From assembly GCF_009914755.1 (NCBI RefSeq), contig NC_060934.1: a stretch of 64,000 nucleotides of DNA, one strand, 5' to 3'. Numbering within the stretch: position 1 is the stretch's first letter; each line of letters starts with the position of its first letter. The position numbers and the translations under genes were made by a program. This DNA comes from the human T2T-CHM13v2.0 reference genome, Homo sapiens. This document shows positions 12,725-26,430 of this stretch, in pieces. Under the pieces are notes generated by a model that was given only the letters and a program-made list of their open reading frames with translations, did not search any database and was not told the DNA's origin.

Positions 12725-15700
12725 TCTTTCAGGGCACGGCTGTCTTTTTGCGTCCTTTCAGAACCAGCATGCTCTATTAGGAGCTCTGGGAGAATAGACA
12801 AGTCCCCCATGCTGAGGGGTGGTGGAGAAAGGGACAAGGCAGAATTCTGGGAGCCCTGAGGGGCTGCAGTGCTGGATGGCTGGGCAGGAGAGGGAGGTTT
12901 GTGATGAGACCAAAACTGTCTGAAAAGGAACTGAGGGGAACCCACCACACCACCCCTTCCTGGGGAGAGCCCTCTGTGTGGTCATGGGACATTGCAATTT
13001 AAAGTCCACTCTCTGCTCTGTTCAGCCTGACTTTACCCAGGGATGCATGGGAAGAGGGAGAAGCCTTTACCAGGTCCAAGATGTCCCAAGCCCCTTCCCT
13101 TGAAGCCTCAAGGTACCCCCCAAAATGAAGCCAGTGTTCTGAGTCCACCTGCCATTGCCACCTTAGACATAGACAACCTGGGCTGCTTTCAGCGGCATCT
13201 CTCCTGAAACAAAGGAAAACATTCAATAATTCGTAACCTCAAGCCCCTGGGCCGCACTCATGTTAAACAGCTGTAAACAAAAGCCCGAGAGGTGGAATTT
13301 CTTGATTCTGACCTTTACAAAGCTCTGTAATCAGACAGAACAAAGGCCCAGCCCTCGGGCTCCTCTCAGCCGCTAAGCAGGGCTCATCTAGGAAAAATGT
13401 GCACAGTCCAATGACATCTAAAACGGTCCTGATGTCAAAAACACGTCCAAGCTTTCTTGAAGCCTTCCCTATAAATGGCTGTAAAATACATATTTACTTA
13501 AACAGGGTTATGAAGGTCTCTTAATTCTGAATTCAGATTGCTTTAAATATTAGTTAAAACCTAAGAACCAAAAGATTGCATTATGCATAGAGCCAAGTAG
13601 GTCCAAGATATTGGGACAGGCATGGGGAGAACTCAAGAGCTGGATGGAGGCTGCTGAGTTTCTCCCTTCGAAGGAAGCTGGAGACGCCCTGGCCATGGAG
13701 CAGGTGCATTGGCCCTGGGGCTGAGCCCTAGGAAAACAGCGCCCCATGGAGGAAAGTGAGGGAAGGACAGGCGCTTGGCCGTGGCTTGGGCTGGAAACAG
13801 CTGCAGGTTCCGCAGCCTGTCCCTGCTGGGGATCCCCTTCCTCCCAGCTCCACAGAGATGAAAGGAGGAGGAGGGTGTAGGACCTGGCCCAGGGCCTGGC
13901 TCCAGGAGGTTCTCAAATCCCACCTCTGCCACGCCCTGCCCGGGCCTTGACCACCTCTGCTTCCGCATCCACGCCAGGTGAAGGACCCTTGGCACACGAC
14001 CGGCCTAAGGAGGCCACTGCTTCCTGGGAGGGTGGGGTCCCATGCCAGCATCTCTGCTGTCCCACCCTGGATACTCACTGGAAGGTCCTGTGTGGCCCTG
14101 CGAGGGCAGAGGGGGAGAAGGAGGGGAGCAGGGGAGGGGAAAATGATGGGGTGGAGATGGGTCAATGCTGGACCAGGTAGGACTGGATTCGGCGGAGATT
14201 TGCGGAAAGTCCCACTTAGACGGACTCTCATTTCCTCTCACGAGTGATCCCTAGGCCAGCAAATGCGGGGAGGACAGCACACTCTGTTCCCAGGACTCAG
14301 TTTCTTGGCAGCATCTTGCCCACAGCCCAGCGCACAGCAGGGAGGGGGCAAGGGGTACATGCCTCCCTCAGAGACCCTTCCCAGACCCATGGACTCCTCT
14401 GTGTGCACCTGCGGGCCCACCTGAGGCACTGCCCACACCCAGACACACAGGAAGCTGCGGAATTCACCTGTCCAGATCGGCCACACAGGAAGCTAGTCTT
14501 CATCTATAGGTTATTCACCCACTAAAAAAGAAAAGGAGCATGAACAGGGAGACAGGCCCTGCCACTGCCTGAAGAGGGAAGCCAGGCCAGGCAAAAAAAC
14601 GCCCCCAGTCAGGAATTGATGGAGGGACGTGGGAGGACCCTGGCCTTGGCTGGGGCATTGGATGGAACCAGAACCCCCTGGATGCGTCTATAGAGACCCC
14701 TCCTCAGTCCTTAAAGCCCAACTGGTCCCACGCAGGCTGGGCCCTGACTGGACGCTTGTAGCATGTCCAGCATCCTCTCCAACACTCTGTGGCTGATCAG
14801 CTTCCATCCTCAGGACTCCATGTAGGATTCACCATGCTCCCTTCAGAGAGAGCACCAGAGATGCTGGTGCCTCGCCCACAAACACCTCTGCCAAATTCTG
14901 GGTCACGTTTTGAATCCGTGCCAACATGGCTCTGGCGTGCATGTTCTTCCCATTTGGGTAATCACCGTATTTAGCCCACACAGAAGCTAAAGGTTGAACG
15001 TTTAGCACTAAGTAAAGAACTATCAGCTTCCACCTTTGCTTTGAAAAATTCACAGTATAGAAATAATTCATGAACCAATCAAATTTACCTACATGAGCAT
15101 CTGTGCAAATGTCCTCCAGGGTCCAGTTCGGCAGCTCGCTACAGAAGGGCAGTGTAACTGGATGAATTATCAAATACTCTGTCTCTTCCGCCTGAATCCC
15201 AGGCCACGGCCCTGAAGTTTTGAAGTCTGAACTGTTGGGCTCTGCAGAGGCGCACAGCGATAGCACCCCACGATGCGTACTCTGGCTTCAGAGGCAAACA
15301 TTACAGCAGCTGTGGACATCCGTGCACACTCCTGCGGGCCCCACTGGGAAGACCACCACCGTGTTCCTGGAAAGCAAACACTCTTTTTGAGGGGTATGCA
15401 AATGAGGAGAGAGAAAAATTAGAAAGAAAAGGAGGAAAAAACAGGAAGTGCCCAGGAAGGTGCCACACAAGGAGGCTGGATTCAAACAAATTCTGGCGTT
15501 TTGAAATAAAAGGGCGTTGGAGGTTAAAACAGAGTCAAGCAAATGGATTTCTTGTCTGTCTGTGTGTTTTCATTGCAGCCTGGGATCACAGTCATGTCTC
15601 CTGAGGGATGCGGCTGCCACAATGGGGGGCTTAGGGGACATCCTGGGTGGGTTGTACCTGGGAAGCTAAAACCCTGTACCTATGTACTTGGGAGAAGCCT

Positions 15701-16247
15701 GCCTGACACACAAGGATCCCGTGAATGAGGTGGGGCCAGGGGTACCAAGACCGGACAACCCCAAACCCCCCAAGCTCTTCTCCACAGGAACAGCCATGTC
15801 AATGCCAAAATCATCATGATATTCCTAGAATCCTTCCGAAGCGGAGGTGGGCTTCGGAAACAAGAATGGCAACCAAGCCAGCCCAGAAGCACCCAAGGGA
15901 GCCAAGACGCTGGATCGACTCCAACTCTTTTTATTTCTGCTGGAGAAGAGCCCCACCCAGCTCTCAGGAACCTGGAATGAGAGGATTGTGCTGGAGGATT
16001 TACTTTTACTTTTAGGACAAGATTGAAATCCCTTGTTATGTCTGTCTTTCAATAAGCTACTAATGCCCACATCTAAGTATCTCCATTTTGATGAAAAAAT
16101 AACACTATATCAGCAAGCTATTTGTGAAGCTGGATTTTAAGAACTTGATCCACAAGCTTAATGGGTAAACATTTTTAAAGAAATTCTGGTTGTTAAAGCT
16201 GCTTTAGCCCCCTGGCTCTGGAATTTAAATTCTTTGCGATGTTGTAA

Positions 16248-16949
<702 letters not shown>

Positions 16950-17345
16950 TTATTTCAATTCATAACTGAAGTCAAAGCATTAAACAAGTCAGATTATAAA
17001 CAAATAAATGAAAGTTTTAAAAGCCCCTCCCGTGAGCCAGTGTGAGCCGGTCAAGCCGGCAGGAGGAGCTGCATGGGCTGGCAGAGCTCCCCGCCAGCCC
17101 CTGCGTGGCTCACCCCAATGGAGGCTGTGACACATGGTATGTTCGCTGGCTCACATCCTCACACTGGTGGGAAATGCAGCTGGGAACAGGAGCCTGAGCA
17201 TTGCCAAGGTCACGAAAGAGTGGAAGCCCCACCTCGGCCCAGGGTCTGCGCCTCTCTTGGCCAGAAGGAAGCCCCACCAAGAATGTATTTCCTCACCTGA
17301 TGGAGAAGCAGGAGGCAGGGACCATGCTTGGTAACCGCCAGACGG

Positions 17346-17434
17346 GATCCCATCCAGCCATTCAGCTGCCATCCTGGGAAAGGGAGACTTCAGATCCCAT
17401 CCAGCCATTCAGCTGCCATCCTGGGAAAGGGAGA
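17346..17434. repeat. Tandem duplication, 42 bp identical, period 47
   Basis: GATCCCATCCAGCCATTCAGCTGCCATCCTGGGAAAGGGAGA at 17346 and 17393. Confidence 0.95.
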
Positions 17435-17582
17435 GAATGGGGCTCAGGCAGGACGGGTCTTGGGTAAGACCAATGAAGTAATGTCAGGGCAGAGCCCAGG
17501 AGGAAAGGAGACCTTTGGCGTCTGTGTGGAGAGGCTGTGAGGGCAGCAAGTGACCTGGCCACACAGGTAGGAGGCCACAGCC

Positions 17583-17836
17583 TGCAACCACAGGCTCACA
17601 GCTGGGAGGTAGGGGAGGGTCTGCCCAGCTGACTCCACATCCTCCACCCACCAACCCCCACCTTCCCCTCCAGCTTCAGGGGGACAGATTGACCCTGCTG
17701 GAGACCAGTTGCAACCACAGGCTCACAGCTGGAAGGTAGGGGAGGGTCTGCCCAGCCAGCTCCACACCCCCCACTCACCAGCCCCCACCTTCCCATCCAG
17801 CTGCAGGGGGACAGATTGACCCTGCTGGAGACCAGT
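17583..17836. repeat. Tandem duplication, 2 x ~127 bp
   Basis: TGCAACCACAGGCTCACAGCTGG...GATTGACCCTGCTGGAGACCAGT at 17583 and 17710 with several substitutions. Confidence 0.95.
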
Positions 17837-19164
17837 GCAGTGCAGGAGGTGACAGGTAGGCTCAGAGGTCCTGACTCAGAGCTCTGTGACCCTCTAAAGT
17901 ATCTCAATCTCTCTTAGTCCCTGCTTCCTAAAATAAAAACTGAAGATGTAGCCCTGCCTTGCCGGGTGTTGGGAAGTGTGAGCAAGACCTGCGTGTGGCG
18001 AGGACTCGCTCCAGAGCTCAACACTCCACAAGTTGGAAAGACGGACCGCACAGGTCCACACGGGAAGGGTGTGGACAGTAATTCATGGTTTTCAGAGGAT
18101 AATAGAATGGCAGGCTCCTGGAAACTCAATCTAGAAAGCCGTCCACATCTGTGCCAGCCTCTGACAGTAAGATAAAAATAAGTCTCCTCACTTGACAGAC
18201 TCTGAGCCCCGGGCCAGACATACCAATGGCTACAACTGAGTGCACACCAAGCTCGTATGAAGTATCCCAGGGCGCTGAGGACTCAGCGGCCACCCCTGCC
18301 CAGAGGCAGAGAGTGCAGGTCAGGGCAAGCTCCAGAGGGCACATCTGCTGGGCCTCGGGGAGGAGCCAGGAGGGGCAGCCACGGCAGGAGGCCAGGATGA
18401 AGGCTGCAGCCGGGAGGGCGCAGCAGCCAGCAGTGAGCGCTGACCAGCCTGCGGGCCCCTGTGATGGCACTTTCCAAACAAAATCTGACCCCCTCACTTC
18501 TGGAGTGGACAGGGCTGCTCCCTATCCCACGCAGGAAGCTCTCGAGCCAACACCACGGCTCACAACCTGCGTCGTTTCCCGAGCTGCTCTGCTGAGTCAA
18601 GGTTGGGAAACTCAACCTCTGATCACGCAAGTTCAGCGTGCTGGGCCGCCCCACTCCTCACAGGCCGGCCAGCATCCGAGGTGCCCACAGCCAGTGCCCT
18701 GCAGTGTTGAAGCTGTTCCACAATCTGGCAGGACTTCGCATGTGCGGCCACAGGACAAACGCCCAGAACCTGAGCCCTTCACAGTACCCGAAGCCGCTCT
18801 CCGGGCCAGCCACTGGCCAGGAGAGGAAAGTCCATGCTGGAAGATTCCCAGCTGTGTCTGGTTGGGGCCGCCTGATGACAGAGTTTGGCTCCTGAGCAGC
18901 CAGGAGCAGAGCGGGAGAGGCTGAGGGAGAAAGCCGGCAGGGGAGGCGCAGAGGCCACGTGCACAGCCCACGCTGCGGGATGCAGATGGGAACAAAGGTA
19001 GGCCAGTGGCAGGAGTGCCTCGGGGAAGTCCTCGGCCCAGTGCTGAATGGAATAGGAAGACCCCACACAGGTCCCGAGAGCAACATCTTAGAAACCCCTC
19101 CCCGCCAGCCAGTGGGTCCCACAGTCTGCTGGGCCAGTGCTGGGACATGCACCAAAACCGCAGG

Positions 19165-19685
19165 ATAGAGGGGATAAAGAAAACGTGGTACATATGCACA
19201 ATGAAATACCACTCAGCTCTAGAAAGGATGGGATCCGGGCATTTGCAACACGGACAGAACTGGAGGTCACCGTGCTAAGTGAAATAAGCCAGCACAGAAA
19301 GACAGACTTCACATGTTCTCAGCCCTCTGTGGGAGCTGAAAAGGTGGAGCTCCTGAAGATGCAGAGTGATTGGTGGTTACGAGGCTGGAAAGAGAAGGGA
19401 GGGAGTGAGGAGAGGTTGATTCATGGGTACAGGTATACAGATAGAAGAAATGAGACCTGGGGTTCGACAGATCAGTAGGGCAACCATAGTTTACAGTAAG
19501 CTATTGTATACTTCAAAATAGCTAGAAGGGAATAACTCAGACGTTTCTAGCATAAAGACAAATATTTAAGGTGATAGATACACCAGTTACCCTGGTTTGA
19601 TCTTTCCACATTATATGAATGTATAAAATTATCACATGTACCCCAAAATATGTGCATTGATTATGTATTCATTTAAAATATCAAT
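19165..19685 (+). mobile_element. L1MA-like 3' end
   Basis: GGATAAAGAAAACGTGGTACATAT...CTAAGTGAAATAAGCCAGCACAGAAAGAC...TTCAAAATAGCTAGAAG...ATCACATGTACCCC. Confidence 0.85.
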
Positions 19686-21139
19686 TTTTTAAGCACCAGG
19701 AGGATTGGGTGCCGGAGGGTGCTGTGGGCTGACCCACCCCTGCCAGGGCAGAGGGAAAGGGCCGGCTCTAATTGGCAGGTTCCTGGAGAAAGCAGCTCCT
19801 GGGAGAATGTCAGCACAGAGCAGTGCCAGATTGGAATCATCTTGGATTTGCAAGAGATTGAGAGATTTCTGGCTACAGTGAAACACAGGGAGAAGCTTTT
19901 GCACAAAGGAAATAAAGGTTTTCTTTTCCGGAACTTCAGTTCCTATTTGGAGTCCCAAAGGGAAGAACTCCCACCGATCAAAAGATGGATTTTCTCAGCC
20001 GGAAAGTTCAATCTTGTTCCTCACAAGCCTGGTCGTTTATAAAAATAGCTGGTGATGAGGTTTTCTGAGACAGGGAATCACCAGTTACCTGATTTTTAGG
20101 ATCTAAAAGCAGAGAGCAGCTGCTAGGATACCAAGGAGCTAAGCCCTCGGCTGGGCGTGTTTACCGAGAATCGGGACAGTCAAGGCTCGTGTGTTTTCAG
20201 TACAGGCACTTGGTGACCCACGGGCTGTGAAGCTGATGAAAGAGGAAGACGGTGGGGTTGGGGGTGCGGTGGTTCCCGTCCACCCATCTGCCAGGTTTTA
20301 TGTGCCAGGGGCTCAACCTGCCTGCCCTGCCTGCCTGCCCTGGGACCAAGGGCCAGGGAGGAGATTAGATACAGAAATCTATCCCCGTTTCTGTAAAAAC
20401 CATGAGAATCAGAGCCTGCTAACAAGCGGTGTGACTCTGGCCTAGGAGATGGAAGCTTAGCAGGCAGCACCTTTGTCCTCATGGAGCTCTGAGTCCAGCT
20501 GGAGAGACGCCAACAAACACGGAAATCAAGGCCCAGGGTGTCCATCCCCATTGCAGTGGCACAGGGCGCCTGGGGTGGGGCTGGGGGCTCTTCTCCTGCA
20601 GCGGCTGGAGAGCGTCTCACCAGCAGGGACAGGCACACGTGGAAAGGAGGAGCCACTGACACGCAGAAGGCGCATGGTCCAAGTGCCCACCCCTCGTCCA
20701 TTCTTCCAGCAGAGACCCCCAGGCCCTGCGCTGAGCGGTGAATCCACGCAAAGACCACTCGTGCCTCTGAGGTGTGCATGGCACAGTAGGGAAGGAAGAT
20801 GGGGGGAGGGTAACCTCAGTGGGAGTCTTGGGTTTTGAGGTTTCGGGGGACCCTTGGAGAGGCTGGGCCCCAGAGAGCCTCCCTGCTGTCCCCAAGTCAC
20901 TAGGATCATCACATGATCAGAGGAAGACACCAGAAACTCTATTCCATTTGAAGTCACTGTAACTCATTTGTGAAAACATCTGGGAGATGCCTCTGGCCCC
21001 TGACGTTGGCCCCTTCTCGAGGGTGGGACAAAGTGCCTCAGAAGGATGGTGGGGAAACAAGCCGGGCACAGAACAACAAACTACAGGATGTCGCGGAGCT
21101 GTGGGATCCGCCACAGCCAACCTCAGGAAGAGAGAGGAG

Positions 21140-21475
21140 GAGCGGGGTGGGTGGGGGTTGGGGCATGGGGAGATGGTGGTCAAAGGATATAGAGCTTCTG
21201 TGAGATAGCAGGAGTGAGCTCAGAGGTCTGCAGTGCACGTGGTGACCACGGTTATGACAATAACAATGTGTTAATCTCTGCAAGATCCTGAGAGTGGATT
21301 TTGCGTTCTCATCACAAATCATGAGAAGCATATGAGGTCACACATAGGGTAATTAGCTTGATCCAGCCATGCCACAATGTACATGGGTTTCAAAATATCA
21401 CGTTGTATACCATAAGTACATACAATTTTAATTTGTCCATTGAAAATATTAATTAATTAATTAATTTAAAATGAA
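21140..21475 (+). mobile_element. L1MA-like 3' end fragment
   Basis: GGGGAGATGGTGGTCAAAGG...TAATTAGCTTGAT...CAAAATATCACGTTGTATACC...AATTTTTAATTTGTC. Confidence 0.8.
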
Positions 21476-24400
21476 ACTAAAGAAAAGCGGCCCAGCTGGC
21501 CCTAGCTTCCCCTGAGAGACTCCTTCCCTTCATTCTTTCTCCTCCACCGTGAAGTGGGCCTGGGATGAGGAGGAGGCTGGAGAGCTCCCTGAGGGGACAG
21601 ATGGGGCTGGCTGGGCAGATAAATGGGGCAGGGGCTGGACCCTGAGGAGGAAGCCCCCGCTGCGCCCCTCGGCTGAGCGCTTGGGTTTGCTGTTGGGTGG
21701 GTTCCTTCCCAGCCTGTCTGGCCGCCCCATGTAGCCATGAGGGTCCAGGGCTGGTGTGGACACCCCAGGCATAACAGGCCACTGCTCCTGGCCCTGCTGC
21801 CGTGGTCCCACCCTGGGGCTCCCAGCGCCCACCGCCAGGCAGAGAGTCCCGTCCCTGCTCTGTGGAGCTCAGCGCGGAGCCCCGGGAGCAAGTCCTCAGT
21901 AGGGAGCAGGACGCCCCATCCTTCCTCTTGTTCTGCAGACCAGTCGCTTGAGCCGCCACCAGCTCTGGGCTTCCATGGGTGGGGGCCTCATTCCTGGGGG
22001 GCTGCTGGAGGGAGAGCCAGGGATGCAGAGAGAAGCGGGGGCTTTCTTTTCGGCCTCGCATGGGCAGAAGCAGCAGCCGCCTCCTGGTTCCCGCAGAGCC
22101 TCTGCGAGAAGCCCACAGCTTCCTTTCCCCACACATCCTGGGAGCCGCTTCTGGGGCGGCCTGGGCCCAGCCCTCCGTGGGAGTCCACTGGCCACGGTCA
22201 GGGCGAGAGCAAGGCCGAGGCGATCTGGCCGCCTCACCTCCTCCTGGGCCTGATCATCTAGAAGGTTCTCTGGAGGCTTCTTGGAACAACAAGCAGAAAA
22301 TCCCTGTAAAAATCTCATGACTCAAACATCTAGTTGTGAGGACACCATTGCAGGATTATTGTCCACCGAGTTAGACACACACGGCCTGTAGTGAACTGCT
22401 TTCTGCACGGGGTGAAACCTGCCCCATCCCTGCCAGAGACCTACAGCGGGGACTCCTGTGCCTGCACACAGGAACAGAATGACTCCGTGGCATGAAGTCA
22501 GCATCTCGCCCGGGATCCCGGGAAGCTGGTGCTCCCTGCTCCATTGGGTTGGAAGATGTTTGATGTGCTCAGTCTCTGTTGCTGCTAACTTTACCACCGC
22601 TGTTGGAAATAACATTTTGTCAATGTGATATGCAAATAAGACCCAAATGTAATTTCGTATGTAAATAAGGCACAACTCCAAAATATGAACTGTGGAAACA
22701 GAGAGCTTCTCTTAATTTAAATTCCGTATGGCCGTTTATGTCGCTTATAAAAAATCTAAATCATACGAATGTCTCAGCTCACTGACATACTCCTGCCGAC
22801 CATCGATGTCATTGGGTTCAGAGGAAGAGCCGCACTCTGCAGGCGCAGGCCATCAGCCGGCTAGCTGGGCTGATGACCTCTGTGATTGAAGCTGGATGGT
22901 AGAAAAGCCCCTTTTGCTTTCCAGTGCACAGCTGTGTGTATCGTATCCAGAGTGCACCAAGCAGCGTGCTTGGAATTGCTGTTTCATATTTCCTTAAATG
23001 AGATACAGCCGAATCCATTCTAACAGACCTCTCCATTATGCTCTAGACTTTGTCAAGCGTCTGGTGCAGTCTATCCCACATGAATACGCTAAGTTCTCTT
23101 CCTAGCCTGCTAGGCCAGCAAGCAGCTCCTATTTTTGTCTGCTGGAGATGAACCCATTGGTAGTGGCCTCAGGGCTGAGCAGGGCTGTCTGCTCCTGTCT
23201 CAGGCCTCAGATCCAACCATTATTCCTTTTCTGGGGTTAGGTTTTGTTTGCCCAAACCCGGCCGACAGCAGCCTCGTCGGTGAGCTGAATCGCAAGAATG
23301 GGGGTTTCGACCCAACACGACTACGCCTCGCTTTCTGGAGGGTGGCTCTAGACATATGCACCCTCCAGCCCTGAATGTGGCTCTGACGGCAGGCTCTCTG
23401 CGTGGGCCCTGGGCTGAGGAAACCCCGGGAGGCCCCAGTACTGCCTGTGGAAGGCTGGCTGCAGAATTGGACCTGCCTACTGTCCCAGTGACCTGCCAGA
23501 CAGAGCATGGCCTGAGGAGGGGCCGTCCTCCACCTTGGACTCCCACTGTCACAACTCCCTTGTCCTGGCTGTGCCTTTCCCAAAGGGTGTCCATATTTCA
23601 GCCCCCTGGAAGGCAGGCCCAGCCTAGGCCTTGGGGACGGGGGATATGACAATTCAGCTCTGCACTGAGAGCCTCTCTCAGCCGGCCCAGCCATGTGGTG
23701 ATGGGGAGGGCTCCTGGCTCACACAGCTGTGACTCCTCTCCCAGACCCTTGGGTGCTTTCAAACCCTTAAGCTGTCCTGCTCCCCAAAGGAGGGACTAGG
23801 GGGCCCTCCTGCCGAAGGTGTAGCATAAAGAAACAACGCAGAGTGAGGAAGTGGATGGGATTGCCTGGGTTTCTTCCCCATCTGCAGCTGCACAGAATTC
23901 CCCAGAGCCCTTTCCCCTGGATGGGCGAGAGTCTCCTCTCCATCAGACACGAGAGGCTGCAATCTCAGGCACAGCTGCTGTGGCCTGCTGTGAGTGAGCC
24001 ACCTCGTTAGAGCCATGCTTCCCTGATGTTCATTCTTTAGACAAAGACAGGTTTCCACCCTGGAGATCCCAGACACCAGGACCTGCTCTGTCCCACTGGG
24101 AGGACACGCCCTGTGCCCACCCTAAGTGGTGTGAGGGAAGGCAGGGGAGGGGGCTGGAGCCAGAAGCAGCTCAGGCAGAGATGAGGTGAGCCCAGGACCT
24201 TCTAGCCTAGACCGCATCACCTGTAAGGAGGGTGGGTCCTGGCTTTTCACGGTCCGTTGCCAGGCAGGACCACTAAGAATCTGTGCTCGCAGCAAGTCCA
24301 GGGACAATTTTTTGTGCATCTTTACAGAAGCTCCAGCTTCGAGGACCAACAGGATGGTTCTAAGCTATGGCCCAGTGGACTTTTTCCAAAAAAGCAGAAA

Positions 24401-24971
24401 ATGTCAGAGCAAGGAGCTCTTCCCATGGGGCCCACTGCCTTTGGCCTTTCCCTGGGAAGCATGTCTCAGATGAGTCAGTTAGATGGGGAGCTGGAACTTC
24501 AGGCCCCGCAGCGGCGTTTGCCCTGGGGTGGATTTCTGATAGAGAGACTTGCCCATGACCTCTTCCAGGGGGGAAATCCCAGCTGCAATGATGGAGCCTC
24601 TGAGCCCCACACAGGCTGCAAGCATATCTCAATGGGGATAGGTGAGCCCAGGACATCTAAGGCTGGCATCTGGGCAGGAGAAGCAGCAGTAACATCCTCC
24701 AGGGTGTCAGGCTGTAGAGCTACACTAGAAATGCCAGAAATGCCTTTGCAGAATATGGGTCAGAAGCCAGATTTATATACAATGCTGCAGGAAATATCTT
24801 TCTCATAGAGCAGTTTAGCAATTTCAGGGAATCGCAAATCTCCGTTCTGAGAAGTTCAGGGTGCACAGGATCAACTGTATTGTTCAGGGAAACACATTGC
24901 ACAGCCATATGGCCTGGCCTAGGATATTGGAGAGAAGAAGACCTCACCAGCCTCCCCACACCCTTGCCTTG

Positions 24972-25817
24972 CCTGTTTGCCTGGGTATCACCAGCGGAGG
25001 CTGTAGAACAGCAAATATTGCTGCCTGATCCTTCCTCTGGAAGCTTCATCTCAGAGGGGCACCTGGCTGTGTGAGGTGTCAGTCAGCCCCTACTGGGAGG
25101 TGTCTCCCAGTTAGGCTATACGGGGGTCAGGGACCCACTTGAGGAGGCAGTCTCTCTGTTCTCAGAGCTCAAACACCATGCTGGGAGAACCACTGCTCTC
25201 TTCGGAGCTGTCAGACAGGGACATTTAAGTTTGCAGAAGTTTCTGCTGCCTTTTGTTCAGCTATGCCCTGCCCCCAGAGGTGGAGTCTACAGAGGCAGGC
25301 AGGCCTTGTTGAGCTGTGGTGGGCTCCACCCAGTTTGAGCTTCCTGGCCGCTTTGTTTACCTACTCAAGCTTCAGCAATGGTGGACGCCCCTCCCCAGCT
25401 AGGCTGCCACCTGGCAGTTCAGTCTCGGACTGCTGTGCTAGCCGTGAGCAAGGCTCCGTGGGCATGGGACCTGCCGAGCTGGGCATGGGAGAGAATCTCC
25501 TCATCTGCCAGTTGCTAAGACCTTGGGAAAAGCACAGCATTTGGGTGGACGTGTCCCATTTGTCCAGGTACAGTCTGTCACAGTTTCCCTTGGTGAGGAA
25601 AGGGAAATCCCCCAACCCCCTGTGCTTCCCAGGGAAGGTGATGCCCTGCCCTACTTTGGCTCACCCTCTGTGGGCTGCACCCACTGTCCAACCAGTCCCA
25701 ATGAGATGAACCAGGTACCTCAGTTGGAAATGCAGAAATCACCTGTCTTCTGCATCAATCACGCCGGGAGCTGCAGAGCGGAGCTGTTCCTGTTCAGCCA
25801 TCTTGGAATGGACCCCC
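24972..25817 (-). mobile_element. Isolated L1PA (about PA6-PA8) 5'UTR with no ORF1/ORF2/3'UTR
   Basis: Antisense 5'UTR from CCTGTTTGCCTGGGTATCACCAGCGGAGG to CAGCCATCTTGGAATGGACCCCC; YY1 motif CAAGATGGC on the minus strand; homology stops abruptly at the left. Confidence 0.93.
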
Positions 25818-26309
25818 TGTATTTTTTATTTTTAACATAAAAATATCATAGTCCTCATTTATGAAAATCTTGCATCAGTGCTATTTCATTAGATTTAGAG
25901 TGTTTATCTAATAATCAAATTAACACATACATGCTCATTGTCAGTAATATAGGAAATGTAAAATAGTCTGAAGAAAATCAAAGTACTTGATAGTCTTGCT
26001 CCCAAGAAATAATTCCTTCCAGTTTTGTGTGTTTCTGTTTGTAAATGTACTCATAAAATTAGAATAATGCTGTTTAGTATTTTTTTCACGCAACATATTA
26101 CTTGTTTTTTCTTATGTCATTTAACATACATCAAAAATATAGTTTAATGCTTGTTTTAAATTCAACAGCTTATTTAATCCTTCTGCTTTAGACAGGTTAT
26201 TTTTAGTTATTTTACTATTCTAAATCTAAAAATTAATGAAATATTTGTCATATCTATAAGTTGTGTTCGTTATACAGATTCTGACCCTTGGAAGTAATTG
26301 ACTCTTACT

Positions 26310-26430
26310 GATAGTCTTGTGCCGGGCATTACGCCAACAATCTAGCAAGGGGGGCACCATTACAATCCCACTTTGCAGATGAAAAAACTTAGGTTTTGAG
26401 GTTCAATAGACAGTTGCAAAGCCTGGAGAT
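26310..26430 (-). mobile_element. MIR fragment
   Basis: CCCACTTTGCAGATGAAAAAACTTAGG resembles the MIR core. Confidence 0.55.

Noticed and set aside
18226-19212. Overlapping 180-230 aa ORFs on both strands
   Set aside because: Expected in GC-rich DNA; no recognisable domain, and several frames are open at once
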